Assembly (NCBI GenBank): GCA_951406725.2
Contig: OX597825.1
Span: forward strand, 73,408,001-73,472,000
Source of the DNA: Octopus vulgaris
Lineage: Eukaryota
DNA: 64,000 bases
Direction: 5' to 3'
The translations under genes and the position numbers were made by a program. Of this stretch, positions 12,186-26,430 are shown piece by piece. The notes under the pieces are model-generated. The model was not told the DNA's origin. It saw nothing but the letters and a program-made list of their open reading frames with translations, and did not search any database. The number at the start of each line of letters is the position of its first letter. Position 1 is the stretch's first letter.

Positions 12186-12843
12186 GCATGTATATTTATA
12201 TATATTAGGCTTCTGTAGAGTTTCCAGCTACTAAATTCCACATAGAAAGTATTAATGAATCTGACTATGTGTATACTCGACTATGTGTATACTTAGATAA
12301 AACAGCCGATGTAAGATTTATGGTCAAAGGTCGACAACCAAGGCCAGAACTGATGTCAGGTTGTCATGAACCGCTTGTGTTTAATGCAAATAAAACATGC
12401 TTTCAGGACTTGAAAATGGTTGTGGGGAGGGTAAAACGAAACACAGAAATCGCCTATCTAAAAATATTTGATACTGTGGTTTATTGCAGTAGTTTATCGC
12501 CTGGGGGTGCCATGCAGCTGGCATTATGACACACTGTTTATCTCTAGCTTGGTTTTATAAAGAGATATGAAGACAGATATGAAAGTTATTGCAAGTAATA
12601 TTACATACGAAATAATTTTGTGTTGAGATACTGAATACAATACAGTGGCTTGCTTTTTAGTTGTTTTGTATTTTGGCAGCTCTTTTGATAATTAAGATGT
12701 AGCAGATTGTATTGTTTGTGAAATAGAATATGCATGTAAGTATGTGTGAGTGTGTGTATGTGTATATCAATATATACATGTATTAATATATTTGTAAACA
12801 TACACTATATCAATCTATCTATCTGTCCATCTCTGTCAGTCAA

Positions 12844-12987
<144 letters not shown>

Positions 12988-13049
12988 TATACATATATAT
13001 GTATGCATATATAAACATATATATACATATATATGTATATATATGTATA

Positions 13050-13089
<40 letters not shown>

Positions 13090-13230
13090 TTGAACCTGAA
13101 AGCAAATACACACACACACACACACACATATGTATATATGTACGTATATATATATATATATATGTATATATATGTAAATATTTATACACACACACACGTA
13201 CGCTTCTACGTACATATATACATATGTGTG

Positions 13231-13265
<35 letters not shown>

Positions 13266-13549
13266 GGGAGGATATAATTATATTGGAGCACAAGATAAAA
13301 ACAATGTAATAATTACTCTCATGAGAATGTATTGAAGTCTGGAATTAAATCACCTACATTCAAATTCTTATAAAAAGAATAAAAGAAGAAAAAAACTCCA
13401 AAAAAAAACAGAATCAAATCAATATTCAACAGTTTACTTTTACAGTTCCTCCTCCTCCTCCTCCTCCTCATCATCATCACAATCACCTCTCTCTCCTCCT
13501 CCCATCTCTTTCCCACTGTACACACTCGCAATATATATATACATATATA

Positions 13550-13840
13550 TCATCATCATCGTTTAACGTCCGTTTTCCGCGCTAGCATGGGTTGGACGGT
13601 TCGACCGGGGTCTGGGAAGCCAGGGGCTGCACCAGGCTCCAGTCTGATTTGGTAGTGTTTCTACAGCTGGATGCCCTTCCTAACGCCAACCACTCCGCGA
13701 GTGTAGTGGGTGCTTTTTACGTGCCAGGGGAGTCTGGCATTGGCCATGATCGGTTGGTGCTTTTAACGTGCCACCGGCACGGGAGCCAGCCAAGGCGGTG
13801 CTAGCATCGGCCACGTTCGGATGGTGCTTTTCATGTGCCA
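13550..13840 (-). mobile_element. RTE-tail element (3' end shared with the LINE at 47762-48915)
   Basis: Contains GGCGTTAGGAAGGGCATCCAGCTGTAG and ends GGACGTTAAACGATGATG. Confidence 0.8.
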
Positions 13841-13991
13841 TATATATATATATATATATTTTATATGCATACACACACATACATACACACACAAGCACAG
13901 AAGTGCAAAACAAGATGGGAAAGATAGTACTTGAGTACCAAAGGTAGAGTAAAATATGTTTATATATATACATGCATTTATATATACATAC

Positions 13992-14030
<39 letters not shown>

Positions 14031-14057
14031 CATATATGCATACATATATATGTATTT

Positions 14058-14108
<51 letters not shown>

Positions 14109-14474
14109 CATATAAGCACTCCATAGTGTCACTTACTAACCAGATTATGGATTATGTGAGGTTTATAGATTTTCGGCCAGTAAGCAGCCACTGGTGTCTA
14201 TTAATCTTATACGTGGCTGTATGAAACATGCTTCTATTTACATTTATGCCAACTACACATTGGAACATAAACAAACACCTACACACATATAATTCTCTAT
14301 TTTCAGTGCCATGTACATACACTATTGATGTTGACAATACTTGTGTTGTAGGAATTGTGTCACTGTGGTGGCCAGTGGTGGTAATACTGTCATTCTTTGA
14401 GTCTCTGTGATTGCTAGGCAACAGAGAGAGAGAGAAAGAGAGAAAGAGAGAGAGAGAGAGAGAGATAGACATAT

Positions 14475-14880
14475 AGGCGTAGGAGTGGCTGTGTGGTATG
14501 TAGCTTGCTTACCCACCACATGGTTCCGGGTTCAGTCCCACTGCGTGGCACCTTGGGCAAGTGCCTTCTACTATAGCCTTGGGCTGACCAAAGCCTTCTG
14601 AGTGGATTTGGTAGACGGAAACTGAAAGAAGCCTGTTGTATATATGTATGTGTGTGTATATGTTTGTGTGTCTGTGTTTGTCACCCCAATATTGTTGGAC
14701 AACCAATGCTGGTGTGTTTACGTTCTCATAACTTAGTGGTTCGGCAAAAGAGACTGATAGAAAAAGTACTAGGCTAACAAAGAATAAGTCCTGGGGTTAC
14801 TTGGCTTGACTAAAGGCAGTGCTCCAGCATAACCACAGTCAAACCACTGAAACGAGTAAAAGAGTAAAAGAGTAAAGAGA
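14475..14880 (+). mobile_element. SINE S1
   Basis: Full-length match to 1160-1576. Confidence 0.9.
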
Positions 14881-14885
14881 GATAA

Positions 14886-14923
<38 letters not shown>

Positions 14924-14925
14924 TG

Positions 14926-14969
<44 letters not shown>

Positions 14970-15129
14970 TGTAAGAGAGAGAGGTGGTCAGCCTTAGGTC
15001 ACAGTACAATCATGGCCAAAAATTTGGAACATAGGTTTGAAAATTAGAATTTTTATATCAAATGTCCAAAGTTAAATTTAATTTGCAACATATTATTAGT
15101 TGGCCAAAAGTTTGGAATATAGGTCTCTC

Positions 15130-15537
15130 TCTTTTTACTCTTTTACTTGTTCAGTCATTTGACTGTGGCCATGCTGGAGCACTGCCTTTTAGTTGAGCAA
15201 ATCAACCCCAGGACTTATTCTTTGTAAGCCTAGTACTTTTTCTATCGGTCTAATTTGCTGAACCACTAAGTTATGGGGACATAAACACAGCAGCATTGGT
15301 TGTCAAGCAATGCTAGGGGAACAAACACAGACACACAAACACACATACACACATATATACACACACACATATATATATACGACGGCCTTCTTTCAGCTTC
15401 CGTCTACCAAATCCACTCACAAGGCTTTGGTTGGCTCGAGGCTATAGTAGAAGACACTTGCCCAAGGTGCCATACAGTGGGAATGAACTCAGAACCATGT
15501 GGTTCGTAAGCAAGCTACTTACCACACAGCCACTGCT
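15130..15537 (-). mobile_element. SINE S1
   Basis: Full-length, inverted relative to 14475-14880. Confidence 0.9.
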
Positions 15538-15869
15538 GTGTCAGAATTTTTTCTTTGAGATATTGAGCCATTGACTCAGTATATCTCTATGTTGTATATA
15601 TTTGAATCAAATTGTATTTGGGCATAACGATATCAATTTTTTTAAAAAATGTTTAAAACTTTTGGCTATGACTGTATGTATGGTTCAGAGCGAGTGGACT
15701 TTGGTGGTGCTATCACAAGTAGATGGCAGCGTCAATCACTCATTTAAAAGCAGTAATGACAATCTCTTGAGTCTGGGAAAAATGGTTCTGCAATCCCTGC
15801 TGAACAACCTGCATGAAGGATTTGTTTATAGTGATCAAATATTTGTGCTCTACATTAGATCACTCCCTC

Positions 15870-15918
<49 letters not shown>

Positions 15919-16086
15919 TATATGTATATGTATATATATAGTTGAAATTACAAGAGATAATGGTGTCATTGAGACCCAAAGGTGTCAGGTAATGCTGAAT
16001 AAGTGCTATAGACAGACCATAGTTAAGTTCCAGATTCGGTAATATTGCAAATAAAGGGTTCAACGTTGGTTCTATGTCAGCATGTG

Positions 16087-16213
16087 TATATAAGAATTTT
16101 TTGTGTAATAAGATAAAAAAAAACCGAGGCTGTATAGGTATTAGAGCCCTTAAAGGCTCTAATATCTATACAGCCTTGTTTTTTGTATCTTATTACGCAA
16201 AAATTCTTATATA
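16087..16213. repeat. Near-perfect foldback palindrome
   Basis: About 62-bp arms centred near 16150 (TATTAGAGCC...GGCTCTAATA). Confidence 0.9.
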
Positions 16214-17285
16214 TATATATATATATATAAATATATATACCAGTCCTTGATATCATAGAAGATGGATGTTAAATGATAATTATGATACTGATGGTAATGT
16301 TGATACATTTTTATCTTTTTCACTTTTTTGCTTTTCTTCCAATGAAGGATTAGTATCTAAAATTTTAAGACTCTTACACTTCCTTTCCTTAAGCATTAAA
16401 CTCATATAGTGTTTGTTAAAGTTTATCCCTCTTGTGTTATCTAGTTTTTCCATTTTGTTCATTAAATTTACACTGTACCCATACATATATGTGTGTGTAT
16501 ATGTATGTCTGTACATACACATGCACACACCCACAAACTTACATACATATATACATACATGCATACTTACATTGAAGTATACTCACAGGTATATTTAAAA
16601 GCAGTAATAAGTGCAAGTGCATTCATTACGTAATATACCATCAGTCCAATGGAAATAAAGAATAAAGAGAAGAAAGGAAAATATTGTTTATTGGGAAGAG
16701 AAGAAAGAGACCAAAAGAAAGAGAGAGAGAAAGAGAGAGAGGCAGAAAGAGAAGGAAAGCGTGGGAGTTGGAGAGAGAAGGGGAAGGAGGGGGTTGTACT
16801 GATGATGTGAAAACTAACATAATAATGAGGCTACTGGTGTGATAATGGCTCTAGGAAATAGTGAAACTGTATTGTACTGATGGACATTTACATGAATAGA
16901 GACATAGATCAGTGTGTTGATAGCAACTACAAAGTGGTGTTTGGTGTGATGGGTGGGTGTGGAGGTGGTGGTGGGTGGGTAGGGGAGAAGTTAATGAATA
17001 TTGTATTAGGTTATGTGTTGATCTTGAAATAGAGCAGTTAAATTAAAACACAGCATACATGCGTATATGTGTGTGTGTGTATGTTTGCATGCGTGTATGT
17101 GTGTGTGTGTGTGTGTGTGCACATTGTGTTTGTATTTGTATGTATAAATGTATCTATGTGTAAATTTATTATTCTTAAACAAGAATCTTATTGACAGTGA
17201 CTTCGAAGTTTTGGCCAGCTATATATGTGTGTGTGTGTGTGTGTGTGTTTGTGTGTGTATATATATATTTTAATTTGCTAATATA

Positions 17286-18163
17286 TTGGGTCATCCCATA
17301 AATAATGCATTTTTAAAATACTTCTTTTATTTTTCAAAATTAAGATAAAGTTCTTTTTTTAATCTAAAATATACTCTCCTCCATTTTCTACAATACCCTT
17401 CTCTCTATCTGGTAGACTTGCAAGGACCCCTCTTCCAAAATTCACTTGTCTGTGATGAAAAATATTCCTCCAGTACTGTTCTGACCTAGTCTACCGAATT
17501 CATATTTTTTACTTCCAAATGATTTTGAAGAATGTGGAATAAATGATAATCAGATGGGGCAAACTGCTCCAGCCTCTGGAATGTCATCCTTGCTGTATGT
17601 GACTGAGCATTATCCTGATAGAAGAACATCTTTTATCTTGAAACCAAAGATGGTCATTTTGCTTCTGGTGCTGGTGTCAATGAATGGTTGAATGACAAAG
17701 CCCAAACTTTTCTGCTAGTTCCTCAACAGTTATAATGGGATTTTATTTCGGGGTTTGCAGAATGTCCTTGTCGAGCTCTACAGATCTTCCAGGGGGAGGT
17801 TCATCTTCCAGGCTGTCGTTTCCAGCTCAGAATTTCTGGAACCACTATTGACACTGGCTTACGCTTATTGTCTGATCCCCATATTCTGCATTAATATTCC
17901 TCACACTTTCAATTATGTTGCTGCCTTTATTGGAACTCATAAAGCAAAATATGCTGAATATGCTCATTTGCCACTTCTATTATAGCTTTGAAAAAAATAA
18001 TTGTTAAAATCGAACTGCACTCTTCAAAACTTGCACTAAGTGTAAGCACAAGGTAAAATTACTATCTGCTTTTATAGCAAGTTGATGCAGGTAGTTTATC
18101 CCCCCCCCTCCAGCATTTAGTTCATGCAATTGAAAAAACTGCATCATTTAAGGGATGAATCTG
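17286..18163 (-). mobile_element. Decayed, internally deleted mariner transposon
   Basis: TA-flanked imperfect TIRs. Minus-strand remnants WFQKF...SLEDE...GR (HTH), QDNAQSHTA and APSDYHLF...GGEYILD, with stops and frameshifts. Confidence 0.9.
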
Positions 18164-18940
18164 TATATACACACATACATATACTCATATAACAGACACC
18201 TGTCCATAGAACATGGTTGACCACTGTCTATGCAAAGGACTCGACGCTGGTTGATGGAGTGAATTCTGTAATGTAGTATATAGTAATTAAAAATCTAAGC
18301 TTCTGGGCTTATACACTGGTTTCTCTTCAATAATTGAAGATCGACATATGAACTCACACACATAGATATATAGACATACACACACGTGCACATACACACA
18401 TACATACACACACAAGCACATCCACAAACACACAGATACTCACACTCATTTGGAGTAGAGAGGTACCTTTAGTTTTGTCTAGCCAAGATCCTGACAACCT
18501 CTCTAATGCTGGTGCTACAAGAAAATGCTGTTAGTAGATTCTGTAATGGTTGTTGACAGGAAAGGTGCCATTTACTCATAATTAGAAGACAATGAATAGA
18601 TGTCATTAGTAAACTTAGATTTCATAATTATCAGTTTCACATTTTGGTATAAGGACAGCAATTTCGAGGGAGGTGTAAGTTAAGGGGTGGCCAGAGAGAT
18701 GGAGAATTTAAAGGGTCCAAAAATTGTGATGGGAGCCCAACAAAAGGGGTTTTAGAATATATTAGAGAATCTGTAAAGCAAAAAGCAGCAGGATTTAGTT
18801 CCCACTCCCACGAGGGAAGGTCACAACAGAAATCTCTTTATGGTGTGAGTCAACAGAGGAACCTTTACACAGCTACAAAACATGATAGAAATAATCACTA
18901 AATTCACTCAAATTACATTTTAAGGAAGAAGATACTTTAA

Positions 18941-19264
18941 CCATTTAACATTTGAACTGACCATAGCTGGCCCAAACGTTATTCCTATTTTATATTCAAG
19001 GTGGCCAGATCAGGCCTCTCATGCCTATTCTACAATGTAATTCTAAAAATAAACAATCTCTTTTACTCTTTTACTTGTTTCAGTCATTTGACTGTGGCCA
19101 TGCTGGAGCACCGCCTTTAGTCGAGCAAATCGACCCCAGGACTTATTCTTTGTAAGCCTAGTACTTATTCTATTGGTCTCTTTTGCTGAACTGCTAAGTT
19201 ACGGGGGATGTAAACACACCAGCATCGGTTGTCAAGAGATGTTGGGGGAACAAACACAGACACA

Positions 19265-19320
<56 letters not shown>

Positions 19321-19601
19321 CATATATATGACGGGCTTCTTTCAGTTTCTGTCTACCAAATCCACTCTTAAGGCTTTGGTTGGCCCGAGGCTATAATAGA
19401 AGACATTTGCCCAAGGTATCACGCAGTGGGACTGAGCCCGGAACCATGTAGTTGGTAAGCAAGCTACTTACTACACAGCCACTCCTGCGCCTATCAATCA
19501 TAAAAATATTATTGAAGCTATAAGAAAATGCATGATTAATTAAAACAAGGCAAATGAATAATGATCATCACATTTGACAGAGCAATCTGAATGCTAAAGG
19601 G
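18941..19601. mobile_element. piggyBac-like MITE interrupted by SINE S1 (19058-19492, minus)
   Basis: TTAA flanks, TIR CCATTTAACATT / AATGCTAAAGGG. Confidence 0.7.
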
Positions 19602-20584
19602 TTAAACATCGTAATTCTAAATGACTGGTTGGCCACCTCTGTAATGGCTCGGATCAGACGTGAAGTGGGACTAGAAAATAGCAGCAGCAACAGTAACAAC
19701 AACAACAACAACAACAACAACAACTACAACACCAAGATGAGCAAAACTTGTTGGCAAGATATTGAAAAATCTTTATGACACAATCACAAAAGTAAATTTG
19801 CACAGAAGCCAAAATAATTGATCTCAGCAAGTTTTAGTGTAAAAGCTTAACAATAAGCAAGGCTTATCATTACAGTTCAAGGCCAGAGATTATCAATTTG
19901 AATAACAACAAACATTATCCTGCAATTAGGATTTAACAACTTAATCTTCTCTGATTTCACCTAAAACACAGACAATCCACATCTTAAGAAAACAAAAACC
20001 AAGCATTGCTTCTACAATAGTGGTTAGTACTGTATATGTCACTATATACTATAGGAATTTCTATAATAACAAAAAAGTGCCCCCCAAACAGGGGGGCTGC
20101 CTTAGATATTGAGTATAAAATTTGAACCTTAACACACTGTAGCTTAGAAAGTCACCAGTGGCAATGGAGAATAGAATAAAATAATATAAAACACTTTCAT
20201 GGCTCCTACAGTCTGACAACCAAATATTTTCTACTGAAACTTAGCTGATATGCTAGGAAGCTGGATTAATGATAAGGTTATATTAAACAGAAAAATATAT
20301 CATAAATTTACACCTTTACTTTTTCATTTGATTTTAAAATGTAAATTAGTATATCAAATGTTTGTGTGTTTGGGTGCATATGTATGTATGTATGTATGTA
20401 TGTCATTGTTCAGTTTTATTTCAAGGTTTTTTGCCAATAGAGAAAGAGCCGGTTTCTAACCTAGATTCAAAGCTCCTTCACTAGAATTTCAACATCAAGA
20501 ACAGGGTATATATGCAGGTATATATTGCCATGATAGATCAGTAGCCACTACACACATTTTTTTCCACTCCTTGTTTCTGAGTTA

Positions 20585-20620
20585 CTTTCTGTGGAAGAGC
20601 ATAGGCTCGAAACGTAAAAG
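20585..20620 (+). ncRNA. Hammerhead-like motif, family B (A6U core), in a short element at about 20530-20715
   Basis: CTTT-CTGTGGA-A-GAGC-atag-GCTC-GAA-ACGT-A-AAAG. Confidence 0.6.
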
Positions 20621-20920
20621 ACTTTTTCAATTCCTGAGCATTATACTAATACATCTGTTTGTTTTGTACACCACCTGTCTTAGTCTTTTGTTTTTTTTTT
20701 CGTAAACTCTCCCTATATGTGCAGATTTGTATGTTTTGCTTCATGTATGTATTCTCGTGCATATAGTAGCATATCTAGACATGCTCATATATATATATGT
20801 ATGTTTGGGAAGTTAAATGTTTTAACTTCCCCACCAAAATATATTACTTCTCTAAAGCTTTAGAGTGTGCTTCAATTTTTGATATATGAAGTACTGGTGA
20901 AATATATATATATATATATA

Positions 20921-21232
<312 letters not shown>

Positions 21233-21674
21233 AATGCTAAATCAAATTTCACAAAATATAATATATATATAAATTAGAAAAAAAAAACACCTTTTATCAA
21301 TTCAATAATGAAAAATTAAATTATACCATCTAGAAAATTACATATTATAGAAAATTAAGTATAAGATAAAACATATAACGATGATTAAGTAATGTGCAAA
21401 ATAATAAATAAAACGTATATATATATATATATATATACATATAGAGGTGTGTTTTTGTAATAAATGTATTTAGTTACTATGACTCTTTTATGACCTACAG
21501 ATCTAATTAAATTAATTAGAATAGACAAAACCAAAGACCCATGTGGTACAACCTGAACACAATCCTATCCTACCAGTAATCTTATGAAACAAGATGGAGT
21601 TTACAGATTAACAACAAAACATACAGTGTATTTCATCAGTGTATATTAAAGCTCTGGTAAAAAAAGCATTTGTG

Positions 21675-21930
21675 TGGAGGCACGTGGCCTAGTGGTTAGG
21701 GTGTCAGCATCATGATTGTAAGATTGTGGTTTCGATTCCTGGACTGGGTGATGCGTTGTGTTCTTGATCAAAACATTTCATTGCACGTTGCTCCAGTCCA
21801 CTGAGCTGGCAAAAATGAGTAACGCTGCGATGGACTGGTGTCCCATCCAGCTGGGGAACACAAACGCCATAGAAACCGGGAAACCGGGCCCATGAGCTTG
21901 GCTAGGCTTTAAAAAGATGCATTTATTTAA
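21675..21930 (+). mobile_element. SINE S3 (CORE-like)
   Basis: A box TGGCCTAGTGG, B box GTTTCGATTCC, shared central domain. Confidence 0.85.
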
Positions 21931-22044
21931 TTAAGTAAAAAAGCATTTGGTGATAAAAGATGATGTTCCACAGTCACAGAGGTATTGGGTTCCACTATAT
22001 GCACCTCCCAGACACTGCCTCAGCAGTGAAATATTGATTTGTGG

Positions 22045-23220
22045 GGTGGGACATTAAATTGATTACATTGGCCCCCAGCACTCAGCTGCTACTTATTTTA
22101 TCAATGCTGAAATGATGAAAGGCAAAACTGACCTCGAGAGCATTTGAGCTCTGAACATAAAACCAGATAAAATACTGCTAACCATTTTGCTTGGCATTCT
22201 AATGATTCTGTGAGCTTGCTACCTTCATCAAGAGTGAAATATTGCCAAGTAGTCTTATACTGTGAGTATAGATCAAAGCCTATATTTTAATAATAATTTA
22301 TAGGGTTGTCTTATATACCAAGTTGGCTTATATACTGGTATATAAAATCCCTCACCGATCTTAAAATATTAGACATAACTTTCTAGAAATTACATTTCAC
22401 CTATTTTCTGACATATCTAAAATTACCGCATCAAGTCTAGCAGACATCTTCTGCAAAACCTGGTCAGGAAATTTGAACATAGAATATTAAGTTTGAAGAA
22501 GTCTCACTAAGAATTTTGTCCAATATGTTAATGGTTCTGCTACCTCACTGCTCCAATAATTCTTTCTTTCAAATTTTGGCACTAGGTCAGCAATTTTTAA
22601 GGGTAGCATAAGTTGATTACATCAAGCTCAGTACTTGATTGCTTTTTTTTGATGCCCCTGCCCCCCAAAAGAGTGAAAGGCGTGGTCAACTTTGGCAGTA
22701 TTTGAACTTAGAACATCAAGTCAAGAGAAATGTCATAAAAGAATTTGCCCCAAATGAAGATGATTCTTCCACCCAGCACCACACTGCTTTAATAATCCTT
22801 TCTATTATCAGCACAAGGCCTGAAACTTTGGTGGGAGGGAGATAGTCGATTACATCAACCCTAGTGCTCAACTGGTATTTATGTTATTGATTCTGAAAGG
22901 ATGAAAGCAAAATCGACTGTGCCAGAATTTGAACCCAGAATATAAATACGGACAAAATACCACAAAGTGTTTTGTCTGAAGTGTTAACAATTCTGCCAGC
23001 TCACTGCCTTCTCACTGCTTTAATAATGGTTTCAAATTCTGGCAAAAGGTCAACAATTTTAAGAGGAGACAGTTGTTGACAACAACCCTGATATATGACT
23101 GGTACCATATTTCATTGACCTCAGAAGAATGAAAGTTCAAGTTGACTTTTGTGCTATTAGAACTCAGATGGCAAAGAGTCAGAATAAATACCACAAGGCA
23201 TATATTCTGATCCCCTACCA
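22045..23220 (-). mobile_element. Cluster of old, diverged S2 SINEs in the same orientation
   Basis: Repeated degenerate CTGGTACTTATTT...GAAAGGATGAAAGG...GAATTTGAACTCAGA motifs. Confidence 0.65.
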
Positions 23221-23885
23221 ATTCCAAGAAGAATAAATAATGATAATAGATGAGAAAATATGTGAAATGAAGGGTTGAATAAGAGAGAGAGAGAAAGAGT
23301 GAGAAAATGAGGAAGAGAAAGAAAGAAAGAGAGAGGGGATGGGAGGGAGGGAGAGATGAAAAGAGAAAATTATATGTGAAAAATAATTCTATATATGTAT
23401 GTGTATGTATGCTGTGTGCAGTGTATGTATGTGTGTATGTATATATGTATTTATGTGTGTGTGTATATATGTGTGTGTTGTATGCAGTATATGTCTGTAT
23501 GCATATGTTTGTGTGCATGTGTGAATGTGTTTTGATTTGTTCAAAGTACTGAGGAATTTGAAAATAAATTTTTTTAAGAAACTGCTCAGGTAATTCCATA
23601 TGTACTTGAGCAGCTTATTAAAAAGATATATACACACACATACACAAACTTGCACTCACATGAATACGACTAAAAGTGAGACATCATAGACAGCAATTAC
23701 CATACTTTCTAGTGCTGAAACCATAATAAATCCGGATAACATAGCTGATGATGGGGTATTTCCATGTGTCTTTGCTGTCCTTTTCATTAATTGTTATCTA
23801 TGTCATCTCACTAGTATTATATATTTGTAATTCTAGTGCATACAGACTCTATTTTTCGTCTTTATATATATACACACAATATACT

Positions 23886-23936
<51 letters not shown>

Positions 23937-24135
23937 CCATATATATATAATATAAATATAGATATACATACATATAAGTATAAATATATGCACACACACT
24001 CATACATATATATACATGTATATTTATATCTCACACAATATATATATATATATATGTTTACACAATAGATATATGCATGCATATGTGTATATATATATAC
24101 ACACACACATATATATACATACATTCTCAAGTATG

Positions 24136-24166
<31 letters not shown>

Positions 24167-24167
24167 G

Positions 24168-24215
<48 letters not shown>

Positions 24216-24651
24216 TATTTATGTATATATATACGTCATTATTTATGTATACATGTACATACATACACTCACACACAGAGTTATGGAATATAAGTTTAGA
24301 TTAGTAATGAAATAAGCAACTGAGCCAAACTTACGCCTCATTCATCTAGAAAAGTACATAATGTTTCTTTGTCTGTCTGTCTGTTTGTCTCCCTGTCCCT
24401 TTTCTTGTTTTGTATGTGTTTTTTTTTTTTTTTTTGTTTCTTTTTACCAAATTAATATATGACATGTTTTCATGTATTGGCTATTTGGTTTTGTTCCATT
24501 CGTGGTAGGAATTCAAGTTTGAAAAAAAAATGTATTTCATTTATTTAATTATTTATTCATTTATTATTATTATCTTTTTTTTTTTTTTTATATATATTCT
24601 CCTACGACTTCAACGATATTCAAAAAAAATTTTATTAGATGAAGTTCTCAC

Positions 24652-24721
24652 CTTAGCCATATCCACTAATGTGTTTTGGTTTTCGTTTAATTTCCTCTGA
24701 TCCATTTTAACTCTTCGAAGA
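24652..24721 (-). CDS. KCNN: SK channel exon: end of CaM-binding domain, start of coiled coil
   Basis: Translates (S)LRRVKMDQRKLNENQNTLVDMAK. 70 nt, acceptor ttctccag, donor gtgaga; the phase 2 start matches the previous exon. Confidence 0.97.
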
Positions 24722-25669
24722 CTGGAGAACAGAAAAAAAAAAACACATTTTAGGAATAAACAGGAATTCTAAAACTGCCATTTAAAAACTGACATTCTCA
24801 TTCTTCTCTGTCACCACCATCATCACTACCATCATCATCATCAGTATTACGATCTTCATAACCAACACCACCATCATCATCACTGCCATCATTCATCATC
24901 CTCATCATCGTCACCATCACCACCAACACCACCTTCATTATAATAGCCCATCTCATCCACCTTTCCTTCCCCTCCCCTCCCCATACCCCATTCCTTGTCT
25001 CTTTCCTCCCTCTCTCCCTCCTTTTACCTCCCCCTCCTATGACCCATCTGCCTTCCCCTTTCCCCCACCTTCCCCATCCCAGCTTTGCCCTTCCTTCTTG
25101 CCTCCCCTCATGCCTCCCCTCTCACCTCCTCTCTCCTCCCCTCTTACCTCACCTCTCTCCTCCCGTCCCTTTCCCTGTCCTCCTGTCCCCTCCCGTCCCT
25201 TTCCCTCCCCTCCTGTCCCCACCCGTTCCTTTCCCTCTCCTCCTGTCCCCTCCTGTCCCTTCTCTCCCTCATTTAATATCCACTTTTCCATGCTTGCTGG
25301 GTAGATCTTGTTGAGCTGGATTTCTTTTACAGCTGGAGACCCTTCCAGTTGCTAACCCTTAACAACCATTTCCTACGAAAAGTTTTTTACTTCCCCTTGA
25401 GTAAACATGTTTTCCATGGACAACTGGACAATGAAGGACACAACTTGCAAGACTGAGAAATCCATTTAACAATATCACACGAAGACATAGCAAGGAGACA
25501 ATAATACACACATACACAAACACACACACACACACACATGCATACATATGTTTTGATTTACTGTCAGGTGACTTTTGGCCAATCCCGTACTTTATAGTAT
25601 ATCATGGGTTGCATAACCACATCCCTACAAGTTATTAACTTTTATTCTCTTTATTCTTTGTATTATTTA

Positions 25670-26430
25670 AGGTGGTGCGCTAGCAGAATTGTTAACACTG
25701 GGCAGAAGTGCTTAATAGCATTTTGTCCTTTACGTTCTGAGTTCAAATTCTGCTAATGTCAGTATTGCCTTTCACCCTTTCGGGTTGATAATATAAGTAC
25801 TAGTTAAGCACTGGGGTCAATCTATTTCTTTACTACCCACAAGGGGCTAAACACAGAGGACACAAACAAGGACAGACACATGAATTAAGTCGATTACATC
25901 GACCCCAGTGTGTAACTGGTACTTAATTTATCAACCCCGAAAGGATGAAAGGCAAAGTCGACCTCGGCGGAATTTGAACTCAGAACGTAGCGGCAGACGA
26001 AATACCGCTAAGCATTTCACCCCGGTGTGCTAACGGTTCTGCCAGCTCGCTGCCTTCATTCCCAGCTGATACGATCAATGGAACAGCTTTGCTCGTGAAA
26101 ACGTGCAAGTGGCTGAGCAATCCACAGACATGCGTACCCCTAACGTAGTTCTCAGGGAGATCCAACATGACACAGAGTGTGACAAAGCTGACCCTTTGAA
26201 ATAGAGGTACAACTCATTTTTGTCAGCTGAGTGGACTGGAACAACGTGAAATAAAGTGTCTTGCTCAAGGACACAACGCGCTGACAGGAATTGAACTCAT
26301 GACCTTACGATCATGAGCCAAATGCCCTTAACCACTAAACCACACGCCTTCATGCACTGGGGTCAATCTAATCAACTAAACTCCTTCCCTGAAATTGCTG
26401 GCATTGTGCTAAAATTTGAAACCAATACTT
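25670..26430. mobile_element. Nested SINEs: plus-strand S2 interrupted by a minus-strand S2/S3 composite (about 25823-26350)
   Basis: GCACTGGGGTCAATCTA occurs on both sides of the inner element (near 25809 and 26354), consistent with a target-site duplication. Confidence 0.75.

Noticed and set aside
15003-15870. Tc1-like TIR starts (GGCCAAAAGTTTGGAA) and a possible transposase remnant
   Set aside because: No matching opposite TIR or clear catalytic motif found.
16280-16472. AT-rich minus-strand ORF (SVNLMNKMEKLD...PSVS*)
   Set aside because: No pyrimidine tract, wrong phase for the last SK exon, no recognisable homology.
20430-20510. Further GAAACCGG-containing stem on the minus strand
   Set aside because: Core and stem I too degenerate to call a hammerhead.
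21675-21750. tRNA-like A and B boxes
   Set aside because: SINE heads that continue into SINE bodies; no complete cloverleaf identified.
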